From: an uncultured Bacilli bacterium
Lineage (GTDB): Bacteria; Bacillota_I; Bacilli_A; RF39; UBA660
Direction of reading: 5' to 3'
Length of the DNA: 64,000 nucleotides
NCBI GenBank assembly: GCA_948479395.1
Contig: CAOLUI010000002.1
Coordinates: 1,282 to 65,281, forward strand
Of this stretch, positions 10,357 to 20,425 are shown piece after piece. Numbering within the stretch: position 1 is the stretch's first letter; every line of letters starts with the position of its first letter. The notes below the pieces were generated by a model. The model was not told the origin of the DNA and made no database searches. It saw nothing but the letters and a program-made list of their open reading frames with translations. The translations under genes and the position numbers were made by a program.

Positions 10357-12533
10357 GGAGTTATAATATGAAAAAAGATAAAATAAAATATTTAATAAGT
10401 AAATCATTAAAAACACTGAAAGAAGAAGGAATTATTAAATTAATAAAAAAGATTTTTAGATATATTAAAATTAAAATTCATAAAACTAAACTTTCTTCTT
10501 GCAAAGATGTATTATTTATTAATGGGTGTTATCTACCTCATCCTGAAAGATATCGAGTTGATCATCAAATGGAACAATTAGAATCTTATGGTTTATCAGT
10601 TAATAAAATTTTTTTTGAAGATTTAGATATTTCGATGTTAAAGTTTTATAGATGTTTTGTTTTTTTTAGATGTCCAATAACGGAACAAATAGATAAATTT
10701 ATTGATAAAGCACATTATTTTAATAAAAAAGTGTTTTTTGATATAGATGATTTAGTAATTAATACAAAATATACAAATACAATTAAATATGTTCAAGAAA
10801 TGTCTCAAAGTGAAAAACATATTTATGATGATGGTGTTAATCGAATGGAAAAGACTTTACAGAAATGTGATTATATTATTACTTCAACGGATTCATTAGC
10901 ACATGAATTAAAAAAATATGGAAAAGAAGTCTTTGTTAATAGAAATGTTGTGTCTGAGAGAATGGTTGAATTATCTAAAGATGCAGTAAAAGATAGAATA
11001 AAAAACGAAAATGAAATTGAAATAGGGTATTTGAGTGGGAGTATTACTCATAATCCTGATTTTGAATTAATTAAAGATTCATTAATTAAAATAATGACTG
11101 AATATGATAATGTTTATTTACGTTTAGTGGGATATTTAAATATTCCAAAAGAATTTGATTGTTTTAAAGATAGAATAAGAGTAAGTCCTTTTGCTGATTG
11201 GCAAGATTTACCTAAAATAATTGCTAAATTGGATATAAATTTAGCTCCAATTGAAGAGTCTATTTTTAATGAAGCAAAATCTGAAAATAAATGGACAGAG
11301 GCGGCCTTGTGTAAAGTGGTTACTGTTGCTTCAGACTTTGGGGCATTTAAAACGAAAATTAAAAATAATGAAACTGGTTTATTATGTAAAACAAAAGATG
11401 ATTGGTATAAAAAATTGAAATTTTTAATTGATAATCCAGAGGAAAGATATCGTATGGCTAATAATGCTTATGATTATGTTTTAAAAAATTGTGTTGCTAC
11501 TTATTCAGGATTAGCTTTAAAGAAGTTTATAACTAGTAAACTAGTAAAAAACTTTGCCTTTGTTTTGCCTACTACAAATATTAGTGGTGGTGTAAATGTA
11601 GTGATTAAACATTGTAATATTTTACGTAATGCGGGTTTTGATGTTTCAATTTTAAATATGGCTCAATCTGATGAAAATATTATCAATAAAGATGGAGAAA
11701 TTAATGTTATAAGTGTATTAAAAACTGATATATTTGGGATATTTAATACTATGATTGCTACTTTATGGACTACTTTAGAATTTATAAAGTCTTATCCACA
11801 AGTTAATAAAAAATTATATTTGGTTCAAAATTTTGAAACTAATTTTTTGAATTATGGAAGTATTTCTAAAAGAGTTGCTAATGCTACATATAATTCATTA
11901 GATGATATAGAATACATTACTATATCAAAATGGTGTGAAAAATGGCTTAAGGAAGATTATGAAAAAGATTCTAAGTATGCTCCAAATGGGATAAATTTAG
12001 AACAGTTTCCTTTTAAGGAAAGAAATTTTAAAGGAAAAATTAAAGTTTTAGTTGAAGGAAACAGTGATGATTATTATAAAAATGTTGATGAAAGTTTTAG
12101 AATAATAGATAAATTGGATAAATCCAAATATGAAATCCATTTTTTATCTTACCAAGGTGAACCTAAAGAGTGGTATTATGTTGATAAGTTTTATCATAAG
12201 GTTCCATATGATGAAGTGGGAAAAATTTATCAACAAGCTGATATTTTAATAAAATCAAGTATTTTAGAAAGTTTTTCCTATCCTCCATTAGAAATGATGG
12301 CTACGGGTGGTATTTGTGTGGTTGTTCCAAATGATGGAAATATAGAATATTTAAAAGATGAAGATAATTGTTTGTTTTATGAACAAGGTAATATAGATGA
12401 AGCAGTTGAAAAAATTGAAAGAATTAGAAATGATAGTAAATTAAGAGAACATTTAATTAAAAATGGCTTAAAAACGGCTGAACAAAGAAGCTGGGAAAAA
12501 ATCGAAAAAGATATAAAAAAGCTTTATATGTAG
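10353..12533 (+). CDS. Large multidomain glycosyltransferase with two GT-B C-terminal-like modules
   Basis: 726 aa. The C-terminus carries a GT1 motif (ESFSYPPLEMMATGGICVV), and an internal region is also GT1-like (KWTEAALCKVVTVASDFG...NNETGLL). Confidence 0.55.
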   Translation: MRSYNMKKDKIKYLISKSLKTLKEEGIIKLIKKIFRYIKIKIHKTKLSSCKDVLFINGCYLPHPERYRVDHQMEQLESYGLSVNKIFFEDLDISMLKFYRCFVFFRCPITEQIDKFIDKAHYFNKKVFFDIDDLVINTKYTNTIKYVQEMSQSEKHIYDDGVNRMEKTLQKCDYIITSTDSLAHELKKYGKEVFVNRNVVSERMVELSKDAVKDRIKNENEIEIGYLSGSITHNPDFELIKDSLIKIMTEYDNVYLRLVGYLNIPKEFDCFKDRIRVSPFADWQDLPKIIAKLDINLAPIEESIFNEAKSENKWTEAALCKVVTVASDFGAFKTKIKNNETGLLCKTKDDWYKKLKFLIDNPEERYRMANNAYDYVLKNCVATYSGLALKKFITSKLVKNFAFVLPTTNISGGVNVVIKHCNILRNAGFDVSILNMAQSDENIINKDGEINVISVLKTDIFGIFNTMIATLWTTLEFIKSYPQVNKKLYLVQNFETNFLNYGSISKRVANATYNSLDDIEYITISKWCEKWLKEDYEKDSKYAPNGINLEQFPFKERNFKGKIKVLVEGNSDDYYKNVDESFRIIDKLDKSKYEIHFLSYQGEPKEWYYVDKFYHKVPYDEVGKIYQQADILIKSSILESFSYPPLEMMATGGICVVVPNDGNIEYLKDEDNCLFYEQGNIDEAVEKIERIRNDSKLREHLIKNGLKTAEQRSWEKIEKDIKKLYM

Positions 12534-12752
12534 CAAGATGTTAAATAAGAATGACTTTAAATATAAGATTTTCAATATTTTGGAAATTGTGTAGGGCAAG
12601 TCATTTTTTATTTTATTAGGTTTTAATCTATAGAAAAGTGAATTGCTTTGAAGTTTTACGATATTTTATTTTTTATAGGATTGCCATATGTAAAATACGT
12701 TTTAGTTGCTTTTCGCTTGAAATTGATGATATACTTTTATTAGGAGAGTAGT

Positions 12753-13352
12753 ATGAAGTTTAAATTGAGATATTTGATTTATGGAATAATTGGGTTAGTT
12801 ATAATTTTGATTAGTGTTTTATTGAAATTTAATGTAAATACTACAATTGGAAATAGTAATATTGTCGCAGTTGATTTTAAAAATGATATGAAAATTGAGA
12901 AAAGTTTTACTTCTTTATATAATGATTTAAATAAGATTGGGATTAAATTTGCAACATATATGTCTAAAAATAATCAAGGTGTTATGAATGTAAGAATTAT
13001 TGATAATTCTAATAATTTGGAAATATATAATCAAGACATAAAATTAAAAAATATTGTTGACAATGAATTTTATTATTTTGATTTTAATAACCAAAAAGAA
13101 TCTAAAAATAAAGAGTATAAAATAATTATAAAAGTTAAAGAAATGGATGATGATACGAATATAGGTATATGGGGCGATTATTCTTTAGATGAGATGGTAA
13201 AAGTTGATGCAAAAGCGATTGATAAAGATTATGTAATTATGGTAAATGGGAAGAATAATGATTATAAATTATTGTTATGTTTGGCTTTTTATGGAGTTAT
13301 TATAGCAATGATTGAAATCTTAAAAGAAAATGGTGGGAAGGTTAGAAAATGA
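12753..13352 (+). CDS. Hypothetical membrane-anchored protein
   Basis: N-terminal TM helix (IYGIIGLVIILISVLL), then a soluble domain and a C-terminal hydrophobic segment. Confidence 0.4.
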   Translation: MKFKLRYLIYGIIGLVIILISVLLKFNVNTTIGNSNIVAVDFKNDMKIEKSFTSLYNDLNKIGIKFATYMSKNNQGVMNVRIIDNSNNLEIYNQDIKLKNIVDNEFYYFDFNNQKESKNKEYKIIIKVKEMDDDTNIGIWGDYSLDEMVKVDAKAIDKDYVIMVNGKNNDYKLLLCLAFYGVIIAMIEILKENGGKVRK

Positions 13353-15199
13353 AAGTTTTAGATAAATTAGAAAATTTGAAAAATAAACATAAGTTTTTAA
13401 TATTAATCATTATTTCTGCACTTATCTTTGCATTTAACGCTTTATTTTATAATCATCAAATATTAAAAATCGATAAAGACAATCGAAATTATTTAGTAGA
13501 TTTTAATAAAAAAAGTGAAATAAAACAAATAAATTTAAAAGGGAAATATGTACGAGAATTAACGATTAAGTATAAAACATCAGATGATTTTCTTATATCG
13601 TATAATGGAGAAGTAGCAAATAATTATGGAGTATATAAAGAATTTAAAAAGGAAGAAACGTGTTATAGTTATGCAGATTCTTGTGGAATAAGGATAAATC
13701 AAAAAGTTGGAATTTTAAATATAGATATAGATTCTTCTGATGTAGATTTGTTAGAAATAAGTGTTAATAATAGTTTTTATTTTAATTGGGTAACATTTGT
13801 TTTTTGGTTTGTTTTGATAAATTTAATATTAGTAATTGTTATGTATAAATCTTATTTTAGTAAAAAATTGCATGTTTTAACTTTTTTGATTTGTGCATCA
13901 CTCGGCTTTTTACTTTTAATTTCGGAGCATAATATGACAACGACAACTTTGGATGATGATAATCATTATGGTGTTTTTAATTCATTAAATAAAACTAGTG
14001 ATGAGACAAGTGTTACTAATTATTATTTAGAAAATTGTTTTGTTAATTTTCGCAGTCAAGATACATTATTTGAAAAGAAAAATTTTCAAAATTTTATGAA
14101 TGAAAATTCCAAAGTGAAAATTGCTAATTTTAAATCAGATGTTAATTTATTAAATACAAATAAAATTAATTATTTACCATTAGCTTTATTATTAAAAGTA
14201 TTAAATATAATAGGAGTGAAACAAACAGTAGCTTTCTTTTTGGGAAGAGTAATGCAACTTTTAATGTATACTATTGTTATTTCATTAGCTGTTAAAATTA
14301 TGCCTAATTATAAGTTATTAATGATGATAATTGGAATACTCCCACAAAGTATATTTTTAGCGACTAATTATAGTTATGATCCAACGGTTACAGCATTTTT
14401 ACTTTTAGCTTTTTCTTGTTTTGCCAATGAATATTTTAATAAAGATAAAAAGATTAAAAAAAGTAATATTTTGATATTTATCTTTGCAGCATTATATGGA
14501 GCATTCCCGAAAGCTATTTATTCACCCATTATATTGCTTATGTTATTATTGCCTAAAGAAAAGTTTTATTCAAATAAACAATACAAATGGTTTAGAGGGA
14601 TAATAGTTTGTTTATTTATTCTTAGTATGGCGACATTTCTTTTACCTCTAATTACTGATCCATCAGCAAGAGCAGATACTAGAGGGGGAGATACCTCATC
14701 GGTTAGACAATTAAAATTAATGTTTCATTGTCCTATTTCTTTTATTAAAACTTTTTGGAATGAAGCTATTTTGAATACTTTTGGAAGACTGCTTTCGCCA
14801 GTAACTTTGGGGCAATTTTCTTATTATGGAAGTATGGGTTTAGATACAAGTTATTTTCTTTTCCTAATATCATTAATTATTGCTTTTGTTTCTGAAAAAA
14901 AGCGTAGCAAAATTCTTTTAAAGGATAAAATTATAATGATATTAATTTATATATTTATTATCTGTTCAATTTGGGGATCAATGTATTTATTATTTACGCC
15001 AGTGGGAGAAGCAACAATTAATGGAGTACAAAATAGATATTTTATTCCATTATTATTGCCAATTATTTATTGTTTTTCAAATATTAAATTGAAAAGTGAG
15101 ATGAATGATAAAAGTTTAATGGTTACATGTTCTCTAATAAGTATTATTGCTATTACTTTACTAATTTATAATCTTGTGATTAAAATGTATTGTTTGTAG
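13349..15199 (+). CDS. Polytopic membrane protein, putative GT-C-type glycosyltransferase or polysaccharide-modifying enzyme
   Basis: 616 aa with more than 10 TM helices. It lies directly upstream of a GtrB-like gene, as in the GtrB plus GT-C three-component glycosylation arrangement. Confidence 0.35.
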   Translation: MKVLDKLENLKNKHKFLILIIISALIFAFNALFYNHQILKIDKDNRNYLVDFNKKSEIKQINLKGKYVRELTIKYKTSDDFLISYNGEVANNYGVYKEFKKEETCYSYADSCGIRINQKVGILNIDIDSSDVDLLEISVNNSFYFNWVTFVFWFVLINLILVIVMYKSYFSKKLHVLTFLICASLGFLLLISEHNMTTTTLDDDNHYGVFNSLNKTSDETSVTNYYLENCFVNFRSQDTLFEKKNFQNFMNENSKVKIANFKSDVNLLNTNKINYLPLALLLKVLNIIGVKQTVAFFLGRVMQLLMYTIVISLAVKIMPNYKLLMMIIGILPQSIFLATNYSYDPTVTAFLLLAFSCFANEYFNKDKKIKKSNILIFIFAALYGAFPKAIYSPIILLMLLLPKEKFYSNKQYKWFRGIIVCLFILSMATFLLPLITDPSARADTRGGDTSSVRQLKLMFHCPISFIKTFWNEAILNTFGRLLSPVTLGQFSYYGSMGLDTSYFLFLISLIIAFVSEKKRSKILLKDKIIMILIYIFIICSIWGSMYLLFTPVGEATINGVQNRYFIPLLLPIIYCFSNIKLKSEMNDKSLMVTCSLISIIAITLLIYNLVIKMYCL

Positions 15200-15217
15200 A
15201 AAAGATGTGATGCAAGA

Positions 15218-15940
15218 ATGGAAAAAAAAGATAAAGTTTTATTTGTTATACCGGCTTATAATGAAGAAGAAAATATTGCCAAAGTTTTAAATGAAATAAA
15301 AAATGATGCTTCTTTTGCGGATATAGTAGTTTTAAATGATTGTTCTAGGGATAATACAAAAGAGATTGTTGAGCAAAATAATGTTAAATGTATTACTAAT
15401 ATTTTTAATATGCGATATGCTTGGAATGTTCAAACTGGTATTAAATATGCCTATCAAAATAATTATGATTATGTGATTCAATTTGATGCTGATGGGCAAC
15501 ATATTGCTAAAGAGGCGATTAAATTATATGAAAAGATGAAAAAAACTAATTGTGATATTGTAATAGGTTCAAGATATTTGAAAGATACTGGTTATCCTTG
15601 TCCTTTATTTCGAAGAATAGGAACAAGAATTTTTGAATTTGTAATTAAACTTTTTTGTAAACAAAGAATTGCTGATCCCTTATCAGGATTTCAATGTTTA
15701 AATAAAAAAGTTATTGAAAGATATGCTATTATGGGAAATTATCCAGAATTCCCTGATGCTAATTTAGTAATAGAAATGTTGCTTTTGGGATATAAAATTG
15801 AGGAAGTTCCGGTTAAAATGCGTTTAAGAGAAGCGGGAGAGAGTATGCACGGGGGAGTTATAAAACCAATTAAGTATATGATAAATATGTTTTATACAAT
15901 TATTTTTATTTTAATTCAATATCCAAGGAAAGGAAAATAG
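15218..15940 (+). CDS. GtrB/CsbB-like GT2 undecaprenyl-phosphate sugar synthase
   Basis: VLFVIPAYNEEENI, DCSRDNT and the DAD motif match Dpm1/GtrB-like GT2 enzymes. Confidence 0.75.
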   Translation: MEKKDKVLFVIPAYNEEENIAKVLNEIKNDASFADIVVLNDCSRDNTKEIVEQNNVKCITNIFNMRYAWNVQTGIKYAYQNNYDYVIQFDADGQHIAKEAIKLYEKMKKTNCDIVIGSRYLKDTGYPCPLFRRIGTRIFEFVIKLFCKQRIADPLSGFQCLNKKVIERYAIMGNYPEFPDANLVIEMLLLGYKIEEVPVKMRLREAGESMHGGVIKPIKYMINMFYTIIFILIQYPRKGK

Positions 15941-15943
15941 ATA

Positions 15944-16279
15944 ATGAAAAAGACTTATTTTATTATTATTGCTCTAGTTGTTTTTGTTTATATAATTAGG
16001 GAGATAAGAAAAAAAAGATTTTCTATTAAAGAAAGTTTTTGGTGGGTAATAGCAGCACTTGTGATGCTTATATTATCAATTTTTCCTTATTCTATAGATA
16101 GATTAGCCAACTTTTTAAAAATTTCTTATCCTCCTTCTTTATTGTTTGTTTTATGTATTGTTTTTTTAGTATTTATAAATTTTAGAAGTAGTAAAAAAAT
16201 TGCAGAACAACAAGAAAAAATAATTGAATTGGGTCAAGAGCTTGCTATAATTAAAGATAAAGTAAGAGGAAAAAAATGA
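15944..16279 (+). CDS. DUF2304-family small membrane protein (common partner of GtrB-like transferases)
   Basis: 111 aa with 3 TM segments and a C-terminal coiled region; it sits at the conserved position after the GtrB-like gene. Confidence 0.55.
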   Translation: MKKTYFIIIALVVFVYIIREIRKKRFSIKESFWWVIAALVMLILSIFPYSIDRLANFLKISYPPSLLFVLCIVFLVFINFRSSKKIAEQQEKIIELGQELAIIKDKVRGKK

Positions 16280-17706
16280 AAAAAAGCACAAAAGTAAATG
16301 TAATATATAATCTTATTTATCAATTACTTACAATATTATTACCCTTAGTAACAACTCCTTATATTTCAAGGGTACTTGGTGCCGATTCTGTAGGAATATA
16401 TGGATATACTTTAGCAATATCCATGTATTTTATATTGTTTGGATCTTTAGGAATTTCGATGTATGGACAAAGAGAAATAGCTAAAAACCAAGACAATGCA
16501 AAGAAATATTCTGTTATTTTTTGGGAATTATGTATTATTCGTTTTATTACAATTTTTATAGCAATTATTATTTATTTAGCTTTGTTTTGTTTAAATAATC
16601 AATATTCTTTATATTATATTATTTTAATCCTTTATATTTTAGCTTCGGCTTTTGATATTAATTGGTATTTTCAAGGGATAGAAGATTTTAGTAAAACCGT
16701 AATTAGAAATATTATAGTTAAATCTTTAGGTTTAGTATTGACTTTTGTGTTTGTTAAAACGGCAAATGATTTATGGATTTATATGTTAATATTTGCTGCG
16801 ACAGAGTTATTAGGCAATTTATCTCTTTGGTTTTATGTTCCAAAATATATTGAAAAGCCAAAGAGAAAAGAACTTAATTTAAAAAAACATTTTAAGTTAA
16901 TTATGCTTTTATTAGTTCCGCAAATAGCTACTCAAATTTATACAGTTTTAGATAAAACGATGGTGGGATTAATAACAAAAGATATGAGTGAAGTAGGTTT
17001 TTATGAACAATCACAAAAAATTGCTAGAGCTGCATTAGTTATTGTAAATGCGATGCAAACTGTAATGAATTCTAAAGTAGCGAATGCCTATATAAAAAAG
17101 AATAATAAAGAACTTGTAAAAAATTTAAAAATTAATTTTGATTATGTATGGTTTTTAGGGATACCTTTAACAATTGGAATGGCTATAGTATCTAGTAATT
17201 TAGTTCCTTGGTATTTTGGTAATGGTTTTGATAGAGTAGAAAATATTTTAAAATTTATTTCGCCAATAATAATTATAATAGGATTAAATGGGGTTACTGG
17301 AATAGTTTATTTAATTCAAACAGAAAGACAAAATATTTATACTAGATCTGTAATTTTTGGGGCTTTAATAAATGTAGTTGCTAATTTTATTTTAATTAAT
17401 TTATATGGAGCAGTGGGAGCGGCAATAGCATCAGTAATAGCAGAAATAGCAATATTTATATATCATTTTAAATATATAAAAAATGTGTATAAAATAAAAG
17501 ATATATTTAAACAATCTAGTAAATGTTTATTTGCAGGTTTAGTTATGGCATTGGCTTTATTATTTTTTATAAATCGTTTGACTCCATCAATTATTCATAC
17601 CATTTTTTTAGTAGGTATTGGGTTTATAACTTATATTGGAATATTATTTATAGTAAAATATGATTATATATGCAATATAATAAACAAAAGAAAAAAATTG
17701 AGGTAA
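16276..17706 (+). CDS. wzx: Wzx-like polysaccharide flippase (MOP/PST family)
   Basis: 476 aa, about 12-14 TM segments, PST-family length and topology. Confidence 0.7.
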   Translation: MKKSTKVNVIYNLIYQLLTILLPLVTTPYISRVLGADSVGIYGYTLAISMYFILFGSLGISMYGQREIAKNQDNAKKYSVIFWELCIIRFITIFIAIIIYLALFCLNNQYSLYYIILILYILASAFDINWYFQGIEDFSKTVIRNIIVKSLGLVLTFVFVKTANDLWIYMLIFAATELLGNLSLWFYVPKYIEKPKRKELNLKKHFKLIMLLLVPQIATQIYTVLDKTMVGLITKDMSEVGFYEQSQKIARAALVIVNAMQTVMNSKVANAYIKKNNKELVKNLKINFDYVWFLGIPLTIGMAIVSSNLVPWYFGNGFDRVENILKFISPIIIIIGLNGVTGIVYLIQTERQNIYTRSVIFGALINVVANFILINLYGAVGAAIASVIAEIAIFIYHFKYIKNVYKIKDIFKQSSKCLFAGLVMALALLFFINRLTPSIIHTIFLVGIGFITYIGILFIVKYDYICNIINKRKKLR

Positions 17707-17710
17707 AAGT

Positions 17711-19672
17711 ATGAAATTATATTTAAGATTAATTTATAGATATTATCGATATACACATAATATAGGAAAAACAATATTGTTTGCAATAAAAGCAATATTT
17801 AAGTATTATTCGCCTAGTAAGAATTTAGAATCTACGGAACAGTTAAAAAGATTATTTAAAAAAATAGAGATTGTTATTCCAGAAAAGGGATTTGTTTACT
17901 TTATAGACATACATAAGACAATTACAAGAAAAAATCGAACAATAGATAATATTACAATTGATTATGAATTTATATTAGAAAATTCTTTAAATGACTTGCG
18001 AAAAAAAGCTCAGAAAATGAGAAATCAAGATTTTAAAGAAGAATTAATTCAAACGATAGAAGCAATAGAGTTATTAATAGATCGAATAATTGCTTTGAAT
18101 ATAAAAAATAATTGTATTCAATATATTAAAAATATTAAAGATAAGAAAGTATTATCTTTTGAGGATGCCTTACAAAGAATATTGTTTTTTAATCAACTTT
18201 TATGGCAAACAAATCATAATTTAAATGGTTTAGGAAGATTAGATTTGATTTTGGAAAAGTTTTATCAAGAAGATATTAAAAAGAATAAAATTACTAAGTC
18301 TAAAGCGACTTTATTAATTACTGATTTTTGTCAAGCGTTAAATAATTATTATTGGGTAAAAAGTAATGGATTAGTAGGAGATACAGGACAGGTGATTATT
18401 TTAGGAGGACTTAGGGATAATGGAACTTATTTTTCTAATGAATTAACGGAAATTTTTATAGAAGTAATAAAAAAATTACAAAAACCAGATCCAAAACTTA
18501 TCTTAAGAGTTGCTAATGATATGCCATCAAATTTATTAGATATGGCTCTTCTATCAATCAAAACTGGAATAGGAAGTCCTCTTTTGTCTAATGATGAGGT
18601 AATTATTCCTAAACTTATTGAATTGGGATATGAAAAAAAAGATGCCTATAATTATTGTACTTCTGCTTGTTGGGAACCATATATTCCGGGAGTTTCTTTT
18701 GATCAAAATAATGTTGATACTTTTGTGTATGCTGAATCTTTAATTCAAGTTTTAGAACAGGAAAACTTAGAATCTATTAATAATTTTGCAGCATTTTATA
18801 AAAAGTATGAAGAATACTTAGAAAGATCTATCAATGATTTTATAAGGAAAGTAAATAGAATTCATTTTGTAAAAGACCCTTTAATTTCTTTAACTTCGCC
18901 TTCTTGTTATATGAATGAATACGATATTGGTGAGGGAGGAGCAAAGTATAATCATTTTGGTTTTACAACAGTTTCGATGTCTAATACGGTAAATTCGTTA
19001 TTGATTATAAAAAAGTATTGTTTTGAGAAAAAAATATTATCTTTAAATGAGTTAAATAAGATTAGAAAAGAAAATTATGGAAGAAAAGAATATGTTGAAA
19101 AATTTAAAAAGGAAAAAAATAGGTATGGCGTTGATAATGAAGAAGTTATTGATTTGACGAAAAAAATAAGTCGAAAAGCATCTAGTATTTTTAGAAAACA
19201 AAAAAATTATCTCGGGGGAATATTTAAAATTGGATTAAGCTCACCATCTTATATAACAAAGAGTAAATTTCCGGCAACTTTAGATGGAAGAAAGAATAAT
19301 GAACCATTTGATGTTCATATTTCTAATGAACTTGCTAGTTATACGGAGATAATAAATTTTGCAGCTAGTATGGATTATGGAGAAAATAGAATAAATGGAA
19401 ATGTTGTAGATATTATGATGAATCCTATTTATTTGACAAATAATATGGAAAAAATAAAAACTTTAATACTAGTCGGAATTAAAAAAGGTTTTTATCAAAT
19501 GCAATTTAATGTTGTTTCTAGCGAAATGCTTATAAAAGCTAAAAGTAATCCAGAAAATTTTAAAAATTTAATAGTTCGAGTTTGGGGTTTTAGTGCTTAT
19601 TTTGTAGATTTACCAGAAAGTTATCAAGATTTACTAATAGAAAGAGCTTTAGAAAATGAAAGTAAGAATTAG
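17711..19672 (+). CDS. Divergent small glycyl-radical enzyme (GRE)-like protein, possibly YjjI/DUF3029-like
   Basis: The C-terminus IVRVWGFSAYFVDLPESYQDLLIERA resembles the glycyl-radical domain (RVSGY...) in two variant positions. A candidate thiyl-Cys loop YNYCTSACWEPYIPG lies about 310 aa upstream of the Gly, as in GREs. The gene overlaps a PflA-type activase gene. Confidence 0.55.
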   Translation: MKLYLRLIYRYYRYTHNIGKTILFAIKAIFKYYSPSKNLESTEQLKRLFKKIEIVIPEKGFVYFIDIHKTITRKNRTIDNITIDYEFILENSLNDLRKKAQKMRNQDFKEELIQTIEAIELLIDRIIALNIKNNCIQYIKNIKDKKVLSFEDALQRILFFNQLLWQTNHNLNGLGRLDLILEKFYQEDIKKNKITKSKATLLITDFCQALNNYYWVKSNGLVGDTGQVIILGGLRDNGTYFSNELTEIFIEVIKKLQKPDPKLILRVANDMPSNLLDMALLSIKTGIGSPLLSNDEVIIPKLIELGYEKKDAYNYCTSACWEPYIPGVSFDQNNVDTFVYAESLIQVLEQENLESINNFAAFYKKYEEYLERSINDFIRKVNRIHFVKDPLISLTSPSCYMNEYDIGEGGAKYNHFGFTTVSMSNTVNSLLIIKKYCFEKKILSLNELNKIRKENYGRKEYVEKFKKEKNRYGVDNEEVIDLTKKISRKASSIFRKQKNYLGGIFKIGLSSPSYITKSKFPATLDGRKNNEPFDVHISNELASYTEIINFAASMDYGENRINGNVVDIMMNPIYLTNNMEKIKTLILVGIKKGFYQMQFNVVSSEMLIKAKSNPENFKNLIVRVWGFSAYFVDLPESYQDLLIERALENESKN

Positions 19673-20417
19673 TAATATTCAGCGCTTTTGTCTTCATGAT
19701 GGGCCTGGTATTCGTACAACTATTTTTTTTAAAGGGTGTAATTTAAAATGTCCTTGGTGTTGTAATCCAGAAAATATGGATTATGAAATAAAGGAATTTG
19801 AAGAAGAAGGGATTGTAAAAAAATGGGGTTATGATATTGAAATAAAAGATTTATATAAGGAAATTATGAAAGATAAAGATTATTATCAAAATGAGGGCGG
19901 AATAACTTTATCAGGGGGAGAAGCATTATTACAAATTACGAAATATGAAGAGTTATTAAAGATGTTAAAAAAAGAAAAAATAAATATTTGTTTGGAAACT
20001 TCTTTAGCTGTGCCAGAAAAAAATGTTGAGATAGCTATGAAATATATAGATGACTATTTTGTAGATGTAAAGATATTATTAAAAAAAGAAGCACAAAATA
20101 TTTTAAATTTAAATATTGATCTTTATCAACATAATTTGGATTTATTAATAAAAAATAATAAAAATATAACTTTAAGATTTCCGGTTAATAAAGAATATAC
20201 TTCTAAGCAAAAAAATATTGAATTAATTGGAAAAGTATTAAAAGAAAATGCTAGTTTAAAAATAGAAATCTTTAAAACTCATAATTTAGGAGAAAGTAAA
20301 TATCAAAAATTAAATAAGCAATATCAAAAAATTTTAGAGATATCAGATCAAGAATTAGAAGCAATTTATAAAGCATTAAAAAGATATACTCAAAATGTAA
20401 AAATAATAGAAATGTAG
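19656..20417 (+). CDS. Glycyl-radical enzyme activating enzyme (radical SAM, PflA family)
   Basis: The N-terminus CLHDGPGIRTTIFFKGCNLKCPWCCNPE is the canonical GRE-activase motif with a CxxxCxxC cluster; 253 aa. Confidence 0.8.
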   Translation: MKVRISNIQRFCLHDGPGIRTTIFFKGCNLKCPWCCNPENMDYEIKEFEEEGIVKKWGYDIEIKDLYKEIMKDKDYYQNEGGITLSGGEALLQITKYEELLKMLKKEKINICLETSLAVPEKNVEIAMKYIDDYFVDVKILLKKEAQNILNLNIDLYQHNLDLLIKNNKNITLRFPVNKEYTSKQKNIELIGKVLKENASLKIEIFKTHNLGESKYQKLNKQYQKILEISDQELEAIYKALKRYTQNVKIIEM

Positions 20418-20425
20418 ATGGTAAT

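Noticed and set aside
12534-12752. A 219-bp intergenic gap inside the polysaccharide locus as a possible riboswitch or leader
   Set aside because: It is AT-rich with only a weak long-range complementarity (atgactt...aagtcat). A plausible sigma-A promoter (TTGCTT-18-TATACT) suggests an internal promoter; there is no conserved riboswitch-like structure.
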